46,101 nucleotides of DNA from Candidatus Nanoarchaeia archaeon (lineage in GTDB: Bacteria > Patescibacteriota > Microgenomatia > Woykebacterales > RBG-16-39-9b), in contig DATBWR010000011.1 in assembly GCA_036514715.1 (NCBI GenBank), positions 1-46,101 of the forward strand, written 5' to 3'. The notes beneath the pieces were generated by a model. The model ran no database searches, had not been told where the DNA came from, and saw only the letters and a list, made by a program, of their open reading frames with translations. The position numbers and the translations under genes are program-made. Below, one piece after another: positions 1 to 8,616 of this stretch. How positions within the stretch are numbered: position 1 is the stretch's first letter; every line of letters begins with the position of its first letter.

Positions 1-855
1 ACCCGTGAGGGTAATGAGATCATCGGAAAACCAGAAGAGGCTAAGTACGGCATCCGAGATGACCAAATCATCGAAGCCTACCGTCTGGCAATGGAGCGAG
101 GCGCAAAACGTTTCGGTCTTCACACAATGGTGGTTTCTAACGAAAGAAACTACCGGTATATGGTGGAAACAGTTCGAATGTTGCTCGCCCTTGCTGACCG
201 CCTTTCGATAGAACTTGGGATTAACGTGGAATTCATCAATATCGGTGGCGGTATCGGAGTACCATACCGCCCAGACGACAGGTCCTTCAGTCTTCAGGAG
301 CTAGCCTATGGGGTACAAAAGCTCTACGACAGTTTTAAGGTTTTACGGGCTTCTGTACCAAGGCTTTTCATGGAGTGCGGTCGGCTCGTAACTGGACCCC
401 ACGGAGTCTTGGTTACTCAAGCGATCAACTTGATGAGTAAGTACCGGGAGTACGTTGGCGTGGACGCCTGCATGTCCTCGCTGATGCGCCCCGCAATGTA
501 CGATGCCTACCACCACATCACCGTGGTAGACAGAAGCGGCAACGTCAAGCAAGGTAAAAAAACAGCTGTCGACGTCGTTGGCTCACTTTGTGAAAACAAC
601 GACAAGTTTGCCAAACAACGTTACCTACCCAAAGTAGATGAAGGTGACTTACTTGTCATTCACGACACCGGTGCTCATGGACAAGCCATGGGTTTCAACT
701 ACAACGGACGGCTTTGGCCAGCGGAGCTGCTTCTTCGCCGTGACGGATCCTTAGAACTAATACGTCGTCGGCAGGAGTACGATGATTACCTGGCGACCCA
801 AAGGTTTACACCTTACAGTCTGGAACTACCAGAAAAAGAGAAAGGAGACAAGTAA
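1..855 (+). CDS. lysA: Diaminopimelate decarboxylase (5' end outside window)
   Basis: Frame open from position 1. Motifs NIGGGIG, ECGR, VVGSLCENNDKFA and HDTGAHG.MGFNYN are typical of the Orn/DAP/Arg decarboxylase family, LysA-type. Confidence 0.88.
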   Translation, partial: TREGNEIIGKPEEAKYGIRDDQIIEAYRLAMERGAKRFGLHTMVVSNERNYRYMVETVRMLLALADRLSIELGINVEFINIGGGIGVPYRPDDRSFSLQELAYGVQKLYDSFKVLRASVPRLFMECGRLVTGPHGVLVTQAINLMSKYREYVGVDACMSSLMRPAMYDAYHHITVVDRSGNVKQGKKTAVDVVGSLCENNDKFAKQRYLPKVDEGDLLVIHDTGAHGQAMGFNYNGRLWPAELLLRRDGSLELIRRRQEYDDYLATQRFTPYSLELPEKEKGDK

Positions 856-856
856 A

Positions 857-2044
857 ATGGCACTGCAACCTTGGCTTCCTCAAGGTGGAGTAAACCTCTT
901 CCAGGAGATCAAGCGGGTCCGGTCTGAAGCCGAAAAAAACGGAGTCAAAATCCTCAACCTTTCCATCGGCCAACCGCGGGGTCCAGCGCTACTAAAAGCA
1001 CGAGAAGCAGCGTCAGAGGCTGTAATGAGCGACGAAGAGTCCATGCATGAGTATCAGGACAACGGCAGCCCCGGCGTCCCGGACTTTGCCCGTCGCTTCG
1101 TGGCCTGGCACGTCAACTCACAAGTCGTGGAGACCAATGGGTTGGATTTTCTATCTATCCCAGGCATCAAATCGATGCTGGGAGCGATACCGGAAGCCTG
1201 TGGACTAGTTGGTCATTCGGGGAGTGTTCTCACCACAACCAACCCAGGTTATCCAACGCCGGCAGATCGCTGTCGAGCTAAGTTGATTATCCCGCAGGAA
1301 CCAAAGTTGCACCCAGGAAACGGTTTCCTTTTCACTGTCGGTGAGGTTGGTCAGAGCGTTCGTCTAATCATGACCAACTACCCTCACAATCCCAGTGGTC
1401 AGATTGCCACACGGGGTTGGTGGGAGCGGGTATGCAGCTTTTGCGAAAGTAAAGGCATCAGGATCTTCAACGACGCGGCCTACTTTGGTTTGAACTACAA
1501 TCCAGAGAGTGAGTGTCTAGCCAATGTCGCCATTAAGTTTCCTAATCTTTCTTGGGCGGAGGCCTACTCCGCATCGAAAATCATCGGTAACGGAACTGGC
1601 TGGAGAGTCGGGGCTATGGTGGGATCAAGCGATCTCATCTCCGACATCGAAAAAATCAAGGGCAACATAGACAGCGGTTTTGTGGCCTTCGCTGCCGCTG
1701 GTGCACTGCACGCTCTGGAAACCGATCCAGAGGGCATCAAGGGTGTCCGGGAAACCTATCGACACAGACTCAAGGTACTTATAGAGTGTTTGGAGGTCTC
1801 CTGCGACATGCAGCTAGCAGTTCAGCCTGGTGCAGGCTTTTTCACTCTCTGGAAAGTTCCAAAGCGGGCTTTCGGTGAGGAGATGAGAGACGCCGAGCAC
1901 TTCAACTACACCATGATCGAAAGAACCGGTGTGGTTGGAGTTCATTTCAACCCAGACTACAATCGCTACGCGGTCTGCGGCGACGTGGATTCAATGCTAC
2001 CCGAGATCTACCGCGCTTTCAAACAAGCTGCAGTCGAGTACTAG
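857..2044 (+). CDS. PLP-dependent class I/II aminotransferase, LL-diaminopimelate aminotransferase-like
   Basis: NYPHNPSG, DAAY, S.SK..G.TGWRVG motifs. ATG at 857 follows AAGGAG and the lysA stop. DapL-like role inferred from lysA adjacency. Confidence 0.75.
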   Translation: MALQPWLPQGGVNLFQEIKRVRSEAEKNGVKILNLSIGQPRGPALLKAREAASEAVMSDEESMHEYQDNGSPGVPDFARRFVAWHVNSQVVETNGLDFLSIPGIKSMLGAIPEACGLVGHSGSVLTTTNPGYPTPADRCRAKLIIPQEPKLHPGNGFLFTVGEVGQSVRLIMTNYPHNPSGQIATRGWWERVCSFCESKGIRIFNDAAYFGLNYNPESECLANVAIKFPNLSWAEAYSASKIIGNGTGWRVGAMVGSSDLISDIEKIKGNIDSGFVAFAAAGALHALETDPEGIKGVRETYRHRLKVLIECLEVSCDMQLAVQPGAGFFTLWKVPKRAFGEEMRDAEHFNYTMIERTGVVGVHFNPDYNRYAVCGDVDSMLPEIYRAFKQAAVEY

Positions 2045-2060
2045 GAGACAGATCAACTTC

Positions 2061-2099
2061 GAGGAAGTGTTCTCACATACGAGCACTTCCTCTTTTTTT
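2061..2099 (+). terminator. Intrinsic terminator
   Basis: GAGGAAGTG...CACTTCCTC stem followed by a T-run, just after the aminotransferase stop. Confidence 0.85.
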
Positions 2100-2129
2100 A
2101 TTCTCCGGTCTTTGTTAATATCTTTCTTC

Positions 2130-2897
2130 ATGGCTGATAAAAAACCAATCATTACTGTTAGAAATCTCACTAAAATTTACGATAAGACTACTGCGGTTGA
2201 TAATATTTCCTTTGAAGTATATGAAGGAGAAATTTTTGGGCTTTTAGGACCCAACGGGGCTGGTAAGACTACTACCTTGGAGATAATGGAAACCCTGAGG
2301 CCAGCAACAAGTGGCGAAGTTACTGTGGACGGGCTTGACGTCCAACATCACTCGTGGGATATCAAAAGCCGTATCGGTGTCCAACTACAAGCTTCTGGCT
2401 TTTATCCGGAACTGACTTTAGTCGAACTCTTGAGGATGTTTGCTGGTTTCTATCAGGTAGAGGTTGACCCAATCGCAGTCCTAAGACGTTTTAACTTAGA
2501 GGATAAGAAAAAAGATTTTTGGCAAAAACTTTCCGGTGGGCAAAAACAGCGTTTTTCTTTAGCGACAACTCTTATCCACGAACCAAAAATAATTTTTTTG
2601 GATGAACCAACTACTGGTCTAGATCCTCAAGCTCGGGTCAATTTATGGGAAGAAATCAGAAAAATTCATAAAGATGGGCGTACTATTTTGTTAACAACCC
2701 ACTATATGCAGGAAGCTGAAGAGCTTTGCGACCGTCTGGCTATTATGGACCAGGGTAAAATAATTAAGATTGGGACTCCACATGAGCTGATTGAAGATCT
2801 TTTGAAAACTGGTTTTACACGAGCCCAGGAAGTCAAAAAAGCTACTTTAGAAGATGTGTTTTTAAGTTTAACTGGAAAGGAAATCCGTGATACTTAA
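2130..2897 (+). CDS. ABC-2 type exporter ATP-binding subunit
   Basis: GPNGAGKTT, LSGGQKQR, FLDEPT, TTH. Start moved to MADKKPII at 2130. Confidence 0.9.
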   Translation: MADKKPIITVRNLTKIYDKTTAVDNISFEVYEGEIFGLLGPNGAGKTTTLEIMETLRPATSGEVTVDGLDVQHHSWDIKSRIGVQLQASGFYPELTLVELLRMFAGFYQVEVDPIAVLRRFNLEDKKKDFWQKLSGGQKQRFSLATTLIHEPKIIFLDEPTTGLDPQARVNLWEEIRKIHKDGRTILLTTHYMQEAEELCDRLAIMDQGKIIKIGTPHELIEDLLKTGFTRAQEVKKATLEDVFLSLTGKEIRDT

Positions 2898-3972
2898 ACA
2901 AAAAGCCCCAAGCCAACTGCGGCCGTTTTGGTCTATGGCCTATTTCTCTCTGCGGGCAATGCTGCGCAACCGGGCTACCTTTGCCTTTGGTTTTCTTTTT
3001 CCCGTTGCCTTTATCGCTGTTTTTGGTTTGATTGGTGGCGGAGGGCTTACTATCTCGATTGGAATACCAGATAGTGAGCAGCAGGGCCCAATCTATGAGG
3101 CTCTAAAGCAAATCAAAGCAGTAAAGTTAGAACCTGGCACCGAGAGCTCTCTGCGTCAAAAAGTTTCCCAAGGCTCTATTGCCGCAGTTTTATTACAAGA
3201 GGAAGAGACTTCAGTGCCAACTCTATTTATCTCCGCCGCCAGTCCTCAAACAGCAGCTGCTGCCCAAAGCCTAGTTTCCGGCATTGTTGATAAACTCAAT
3301 CTTGCCCAGTCAGGAATTATCGATCCACCACTTAAACTAAAAGTTGAGGAAATTTCCGGGCGGGCTTTTCGCTATATTGATTTCGCCCTACCCGGAATAA
3401 TTGGTTTCGCCTTGCTGGGTACGGCCATTAACGGGACTGCTTTTGGTCTAATTTTCTTGAAAAAAACTTTAGTTTTAAAGAGGATTTTTGCTACTCCAAC
3501 CAAGGGTTTAACAATACTGCTGGGACAGGGTGGGGCAAGAATGATCGTAGCTTTGGCTCAAGCAGCAGTAATTTTGGCAATAGGCGTCCTTGCTTTCGAT
3601 TTTCAAATTGTCCATGGTTGGTTGACACTTACGGAAGTTTTTGCATTAACAGCCCTTGGACTGGTTGCCTTTTTAGGTTTTGGTTTGATCATTGCGGGTA
3701 TCGCCACCGACGAAAATACTGTTGCTCCGCTAACTAGTCTGATTGTTTTGCCACAATTTTTGATTGGCGGGACTTTTTTCCCGATTGATTCACTACCGAC
3801 CTGGATCCAACCACTTGCTAACGTCTTACCTTTATCTTTCTTTAATACGGCCGTGCGCAAAGTTACTATTGAAGGTGTTTCTCCTGACCAAATCCTACCT
3901 CAACTAGTAGGTCTGGCTGTTTGGGGTATCATCGCCTACCTGGTTGCTGCCAGAACTTTCCGTTGGGAGTAA
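2887..3972 (+). CDS. ABC-2 type exporter permease
   Basis: Multiple TM segments, RYIDFALPG, GTFFPIDSLP, C-terminal FRWE; overlaps the ATPase stop. Confidence 0.88.
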   Translation: MILKQKAPSQLRPFWSMAYFSLRAMLRNRATFAFGFLFPVAFIAVFGLIGGGGLTISIGIPDSEQQGPIYEALKQIKAVKLEPGTESSLRQKVSQGSIAAVLLQEEETSVPTLFISAASPQTAAAAQSLVSGIVDKLNLAQSGIIDPPLKLKVEEISGRAFRYIDFALPGIIGFALLGTAINGTAFGLIFLKKTLVLKRIFATPTKGLTILLGQGGARMIVALAQAAVILAIGVLAFDFQIVHGWLTLTEVFALTALGLVAFLGFGLIIAGIATDENTVAPLTSLIVLPQFLIGGTFFPIDSLPTWIQPLANVLPLSFFNTAVRKVTIEGVSPDQILPQLVGLAVWGIIAYLVAARTFRWE

Positions 3973-4011
3973 GTCTTGGCCACCAAGCAAGCTGTGTGTT
4001 AAACTCTTTTC

Positions 4012-4908
4012 GTGGAAATTGCCATTTCGACCAAAAACCTAACCAAATACTACGGTAAGAACCGTGGTGTTATCGATCTTACTTTCCAAGTCTACAAGGG
4101 GGAAGTTTTTGGTTTTCTCGGACCCAACGGAGCGGGGAAAACTACCACAACTAGATTATTACTAGATTTTATGCATCCAAGTAGCGGCAGTGCGGAAATC
4201 TTCAGTCTGGATTCTCACCAAAAGAGTACTCAAATTAAAGAATTTATTGGTTACTTACCTGGGGAGTTGCATCTCTATGACAGTATGACCGGAAACGATT
4301 TCCTTGCCTTTATGGCTAGCTTCCGAAAAGGGGTGGATTGGACTTTCGTTTTTAACTTAGCAAGCAGATTAAAAGCTGATCTTAAGATCCAAATTCGCAA
4401 ACTCTCTCACGGCAATAAACAAAAAATTGGTCTGATTACCGCCTTTATGCACAAACCCAAAATTCTTATCCTTGATGAACCAACCATGGGTTTGGACCCT
4501 TTAATGCAGCAGGAATTTTACAAGTTAGTTAATGAAGTTTGCGATCAAGGTACCACGTTTTTTGTTTCTTCCCACAATTTGCCTGAGGTGGAGAGAATTT
4601 GTGATCGAGTGGGGATTATCCGCGAGGGAAGGTTAGTTGTCGTTGAAGACATCGCCAACCTCCGTAAAAGAGCCTTAAGACCGCTTGAGGTTCACTTTGC
4701 TAAACCAATTGAAAGCAAGGATTTTGAAAAAATTGCTGGTGTTAAAGATATTTCTATTCAGAACAGCATTTTGCGTTGTACTGTTGTCGGGTCTTTAGAC
4801 AGTTTCATTAAGCAACTGGCTAAATATGAAGTTGTCAATCTGATTAGTGCGGAACCTAATCTGGAAGAAATTTTCTTAGCCTTTTACAAACAAGAGGAAA
4901 AAGTTTAA
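4012..4908 (+). CDS. ABC exporter ATP-binding subunit
   Basis: GPNGAGKTT, LSHGNKQK, ILDEPT, SSH. Confidence 0.9.
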   Translation: MEIAISTKNLTKYYGKNRGVIDLTFQVYKGEVFGFLGPNGAGKTTTTRLLLDFMHPSSGSAEIFSLDSHQKSTQIKEFIGYLPGELHLYDSMTGNDFLAFMASFRKGVDWTFVFNLASRLKADLKIQIRKLSHGNKQKIGLITAFMHKPKILILDEPTMGLDPLMQQEFYKLVNEVCDQGTTFFVSSHNLPEVERICDRVGIIREGRLVVVEDIANLRKRALRPLEVHFAKPIESKDFEKIAGVKDISIQNSILRCTVVGSLDSFIKQLAKYEVVNLISAEPNLEEIFLAFYKQEEKV

Positions 4909-5705
4909 TGGGCAACATTGTTCTCCACCAACTAAAAACTCAAAGAAAATCCCTATTTTTCTGGAGCTTAGGAATTGTAGTTTTAGTGGCCCTTTATATT
5001 CTGATCTATCCAAGTATTCAAGAAAGTTCGGCCGCCTTAAACGCCTATTTAGAAAACCTACCTGATGCTATCAAAGCCTTTGTCGGCGATGTTAGTAGCT
5101 ATACAACTCCAGTTGGTTATATTACCAGCGAGCTCTTTGTTTTCATGATGCCCCTGCTACTAATAATTTTTACAACTGGTTTTGGATCAGGTGCAATTGC
5201 TGGAGAAGAAGAAAAAGGTACTCTTGATCTTCTCCTGACCAACCCAATTGAACGCTCTCAAGTGGTTAAGGAAAAATTTATTGCCATGATTATTTTGGCC
5301 TCTCTTCTAACCGCAGTTGCTAGCCTTGCCCTTATAATTGGCTCTGCTCTTGCCGATATGGGTCTTGAGACGCAAAAAATTGTTGCGATGGTGCTTAGCG
5401 TTGACTTATTGGCCATTGCTTTCGGCTCAATAGCCCTGTTTCTAGGAGCACTCACCGGCAACCGTGGTGTTAGCCTGGGAATTACTGCCGCGTTAGCAAT
5501 CGGATCTTTCTTTCTTAATGCCCTCTCCCCTCTAGTTGATTTTCTCAAGGATTATCAAAAGTTTTCTCCGTTTTATCACTATATCGGCGAAAATCCTCTT
5601 GAAGTTGGTTTAAAGATTGACCACGTTTTAATCTTGGGAGGTATCGCTTTTGTATTTTTGATTCTGAGTTTAATTGCCTTTGAAAAAAGGGATTTGAAAA
5701 TTTAA
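4908..5705 (+). CDS. ABC-2 family permease
   Basis: IAGEEEKGTLDLLLTNPI.R motif, ~6 TM, C-terminal FEKRDL; TAATG coupling to the ATPase. Confidence 0.88.
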   Translation: MGNIVLHQLKTQRKSLFFWSLGIVVLVALYILIYPSIQESSAALNAYLENLPDAIKAFVGDVSSYTTPVGYITSELFVFMMPLLLIIFTTGFGSGAIAGEEEKGTLDLLLTNPIERSQVVKEKFIAMIILASLLTAVASLALIIGSALADMGLETQKIVAMVLSVDLLAIAFGSIALFLGALTGNRGVSLGITAALAIGSFFLNALSPLVDFLKDYQKFSPFYHYIGENPLEVGLKIDHVLILGGIAFVFLILSLIAFEKRDLKI

Positions 5706-5726
5706 GGTTGTGGGTGCTCTTCTTTT

Positions 5727-6083
5727 CTACACAAGGTGGGGAAGAAAAAGTATTAAGCCAACTGCCAGTGAAAAAATACTTATTAAAAGGACCGCAGCAG
5801 CGGCAACGTCTTTGGCAATTTTGGCCTCTGGTAGAAGCTCTTCTTTAACTGCCAAATCAATAACGACTTCAATTACAGTGTTAAGCAGTTCAGCAGTGAG
5901 GACCAAACCAATAGTGATAATTAAAATTAGCCATTCAAAACGGGTAAAATTTAAAACCCAAGCTGAAAGTATTACCAGAACACCAATAACCACTTGCAGT
6001 TGAAAATTAGCTTGGGTAGTTAGGGCGTGGAAAAAACCCGATATTGCCACTTGAAAACTTCTCGCTCGGGTCTGATTGGACAT
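5727..6083 (-). CDS. dgkA: Diacylglycerol/undecaprenol kinase family
   Basis: ELLNTVIE.VID and AKIAKDVAAAAVL motifs, 3 TM. Confidence 0.85.
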   Translation of the reverse strand: MSNQTRARSFQVAISGFFHALTTQANFQLQVVIGVLVILSAWVLNFTRFEWLILIITIGLVLTAELLNTVIEVVIDLAVKEELLPEAKIAKDVAAAAVLLISIFSLAVGLILFLPHLV

Positions 6084-6085
6084 TT

Positions 6086-6478
6086 TTAGCCAGCTAAACT
6101 TGGACCCATCCTGGGGATGTTAAGAATTGATTTTAATTCGGTCACCAACTTGTCTCCAGAAGCTGGAAACCCAATTATCGCCTTAGTTGCTCCCATTTCA
6201 ATATACTCACTTAAATTTTCGCTGGCCTCATCGACAACAGCCAATACTGGTATTGTTGAGACTTTAATGCTGTGAGCTCCTCTTAGTTTAATGAGAAACC
6301 ATAAGGTTTCCTCACGCGGCAGAAAAACAATACAGGCTGGGAAAAATTCATCTGAAAGCCTGTCAAGACCATCTTTAGCGGTACTTTCGGCGACAACATC
6401 AAACCCATTGACGTTGAGAACATCAAAATACATGTCACGAACAGCCTCATCAGAACCAATCAAAAGTATTTTAGCCAT
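6086..6478 (-). CDS. Degenerate (pseudo) receiver-domain protein
   Basis: CheY-like pattern (KILLI...GFDV...DGL...IPVL...GA) but no phospho-acceptor Asp and no conserved Lys. Confidence 0.6.
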   Translation of the reverse strand: MAKILLIGSDEAVRDMYFDVLNVNGFDVVAESTAKDGLDRLSDEFFPACIVFLPREETLWFLIKLRGAHSIKVSTIPVLAVVDEASENLSEYIEMGATKAIIGFPASGDKLVTELKSILNIPRMGPSLAG

Positions 6479-6596
6479 TTTCTAGATTTCCCAAACGTGG
6501 CTCGAGTACAGGATCACTTCGTCCTCTTTTCGCTAGCGCGAATATAACAAATAATTATCTAGCAAGCAAGCGGAATTTGTAGATCGTTTTCGCTTT

Positions 6597-6625
6597 TTGC
6601 AAATCGGAATTTGTTGAATTAAACT
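6597..6625 (+). promoter_or_regulatory. sigma70 promoter of yidC
   Basis: TTGCAA-17-TAAACT, 8 nt before ATG. Confidence 0.65.
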
Positions 6626-6633
6626 TAAGTATC

Positions 6634-7347
6634 ATGGTTGACCTTGTTCTTAACCTTTATACCAATACTCTCTACCAACCGATTTATAACTTAGTGGTGC
6701 TCCTTTACAACTTCTCGCCTGGCCCTAACTTGGGTTGGGCGATTGTCATTTTGGCGATTCTTGTCCGTCTAATCTTCCTACCGCTCACTCTCAAGGGTTA
6801 CCAAACCGACAGCCGCTTAGAAAAAGTGAGTTTCCAAGTCAGACAAATTGAGGACGATATCCACTTTAGTTCTCGGGAAAAGAGAAATAAAATAACTCAA
6901 GTGTTAAAAGACAATGGTATTAATCCCCTTTCGGAAATCTACACTTTAGTGGGGCAACTAATCTTCTTAGCAGTGCTTTTTCAAATTGTTCAAGTTGGTA
7001 TCCACCCTTCGGGATTTGACAAACTCTACAGCTTTGTTGCCCACCCAGCAGGTTCAATTGATACTGTCTTTTTTGGTATCGATATTTCCCGACCAAGTTT
7101 TATTTACAGCTTAGTAGCGGCTGGAATCTTGTTTCTAGAGCAACTTTGGGAATACGAAGACAAAAAAAATATTCCTCAAGCAACTTTTAGTAGCCGCTGG
7201 TATCCCTTGCTTTTGCCTATTTTTACTTTTATACTATTAATGCTTCTTCCAGCTACCAAAGCGATTTTTTTAATTACCTCAATTGCCTTCAGCATGGGAA
7301 TTAGGATGATGGTAGATTTGGGAAGGGGTGCAAGAGAAAATGTTTGA
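6634..7347 (+). CDS. yidC: YidC/Oxa1 family membrane insertase (short form)
   Basis: LYQPIYNL...LGWAIVILAILVRLIFLPL, GINP, FFGIDIS.P. Confidence 0.75.
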   Translation: MVDLVLNLYTNTLYQPIYNLVVLLYNFSPGPNLGWAIVILAILVRLIFLPLTLKGYQTDSRLEKVSFQVRQIEDDIHFSSREKRNKITQVLKDNGINPLSEIYTLVGQLIFLAVLFQIVQVGIHPSGFDKLYSFVAHPAGSIDTVFFGIDISRPSFIYSLVAAGILFLEQLWEYEDKKNIPQATFSSRWYPLLLPIFTFILLMLLPATKAIFLITSIAFSMGIRMMVDLGRGARENV

Positions 7348-7906
7348 TAAACTGGTGGTGGGCTTTTTTGTTGATGAGGTGGCCGGTGGCTTCTTTGTAG
7401 ATGTTCCACCCGGACAAGTTGCCTGTGTCTACGACCGTTTGCGAGGCGTTCTTAAACACACTTGGGGCCCTGGGCTGCATTTTAAACTTCCTTTTTTGCA
7501 AAAAGCCAAACTCTTTAATGCCCAAACTCTCGAGTACGGTATACGAACTGGCTTTAACGCTGAAGAAAATCGGGAAATTCTTGGTGACGATCCAATTACT
7601 GCTACCACTACCGATAACATTAACATCACCGTCCAAGGTACACTTTTGATCCGCATTAACCGTGACCAGGTAGTAAGTCTGTGGGAAAATATTGGCGAAG
7701 GCTTTGTTTCCAAAATTATCAGGCCAGTCGCTCGTAGTCGTATCAGAACTGCGATCTCCGCATTTACTTTTCAACAACTCAATTCTGCAGCTCGCCATGA
7801 AGCCGAAAAAAGAATTAAAGAGCAAATTGAGACTGAACTGGGTCCAAAAGGCTTAGTAGTTGAAGGAGTATTGCTTTCTGATGTGACGATTACTAAAGCT
7901 AGTTAG
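7340..7906 (+). CDS. SPFH/band-7 (prohibitin-like) domain protein
   Basis: VPPGQV...GV...GPGLHFKLPF.Q, KIIRP..RS.IR, GL.VE.VLLSDV. Confidence 0.8.
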   Translation: MFDKLVVGFFVDEVAGGFFVDVPPGQVACVYDRLRGVLKHTWGPGLHFKLPFLQKAKLFNAQTLEYGIRTGFNAEENREILGDDPITATTTDNINITVQGTLLIRINRDQVVSLWENIGEGFVSKIIRPVARSRIRTAISAFTFQQLNSAARHEAEKRIKEQIETELGPKGLVVEGVLLSDVTITKAS

Positions 7907-8147
7907 TCGGTGTTACTTTAACTTGTACTGTTAAGCTATCTTCACGTGCATTGGTGTCTTGGTTATTTTGGTTTAGAACCGGAACGATCCACACTTTACC
8001 GCGTGCGTCCTGTTTTACATTGCTTAAATCCCCTTTAGTATTAATAAAAATCGCTAGACCAATTAAAAAGAGCAGTAAACCTGCCCCAAAGGAGGGGATA
8101 AAATAGTCAAAAATAGCTTTGTCTAAGTAAAACAGCGTAATTTTCAT
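7899..8147 (-). CDS. Small single-TM hypothetical protein
   Basis: One hydrophobic segment; own promoter TTGACA-17-TATGAT 7 nt before the ATG at 8147. Confidence 0.6.
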   Translation of the reverse strand: MKITLFYLDKAIFDYFIPSFGAGLLLFLIGLAIFINTKGDLSNVKQDARGKVWIVPVLNQNNQDTNAREDSLTVQVKVTPTN

Positions 8148-8200
8148 CGCCAGAATCATATCATTACTATGGGTTTTTGTCAATGTCTATGGGTTATTTG

Positions 8201-8229
8201 TTGAGGCTGGGAGTCTAAAGTGGTATAAT
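8201..8229 (+). promoter_or_regulatory. sigma70 promoter of tRNA operon
   Basis: TTGAGG-17-TATAAT with TG extension. Confidence 0.75.
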
Positions 8230-8251
8230 CGTCTTCGAAGCACGCAGACGT

Positions 8252-8326
8252 GCGGCGGTAGTTCAGTGGTAGAATGTCTCCCTTCCAAGGAGAAGGTCGC
8301 CGGTTCAAATCCGGTCCGCCGCTCCA
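8252..8326 (+). tRNA. tRNA-Gly(TCC)
   Basis: Cloverleaf; TCTCC-CT-TCC-AA-GGAGA; GGTTCAAAT; encoded CCA. Confidence 0.95.
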
Positions 8327-8334
8327 TTAAATGT

Positions 8335-8410
8335 GCGCCCATGGCTCAGCGGATAGAGCACGTGGCTTCGGACCACGAGGTCGGGGGTTCGAATCCCTCT
8401 GGGCGCGCCA
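8335..8410 (+). tRNA. tRNA-Arg(TCG)
   Basis: CGTGG-CT-TCG-GA-CCACG; GGTTCGAAT; CCA. Confidence 0.95.
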
Positions 8411-8474
8411 TTTGGGAGTGCGCCTTTCGCCAATTGGCGAATGCGTGTGTTGTCTCCCCGGGGACGCCACTTAT

Positions 8475-8550
8475 GGGGAAGTTAGCTCAATGGTAGAGCG
8501 GCAGTTTGTGGAACTGCATGTTACGGGTTCAACTCCCGTACTTCCCCCCA
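8475..8550 (+). tRNA. tRNA-His(GTG)
   Basis: GCAGT-TT-GTG-GA-ACTGC; encoded G-1 opposite C73; CCA. Confidence 0.95.
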
Positions 8551-8577
8551 TGTAGTGTTCGGAAAGTTAGCAGTCTC

Positions 8578-8606
8578 TTGACAGATTTGCTAAATTAGGT
8601 TACGAT
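8578..8606 (+). promoter_or_regulatory. sigma70 promoter of lon
   Basis: TTGACA-17-TACGAT, 10 nt before ATG, no SD. Confidence 0.8.
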
Positions 8607-8616
8607 CTCACTCTCT

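Noticed and set aside
8266-8555. 76-aa and 74-aa ORFs
   Set aside because: They are read-throughs of the tRNA-Gly/Arg/His genes.
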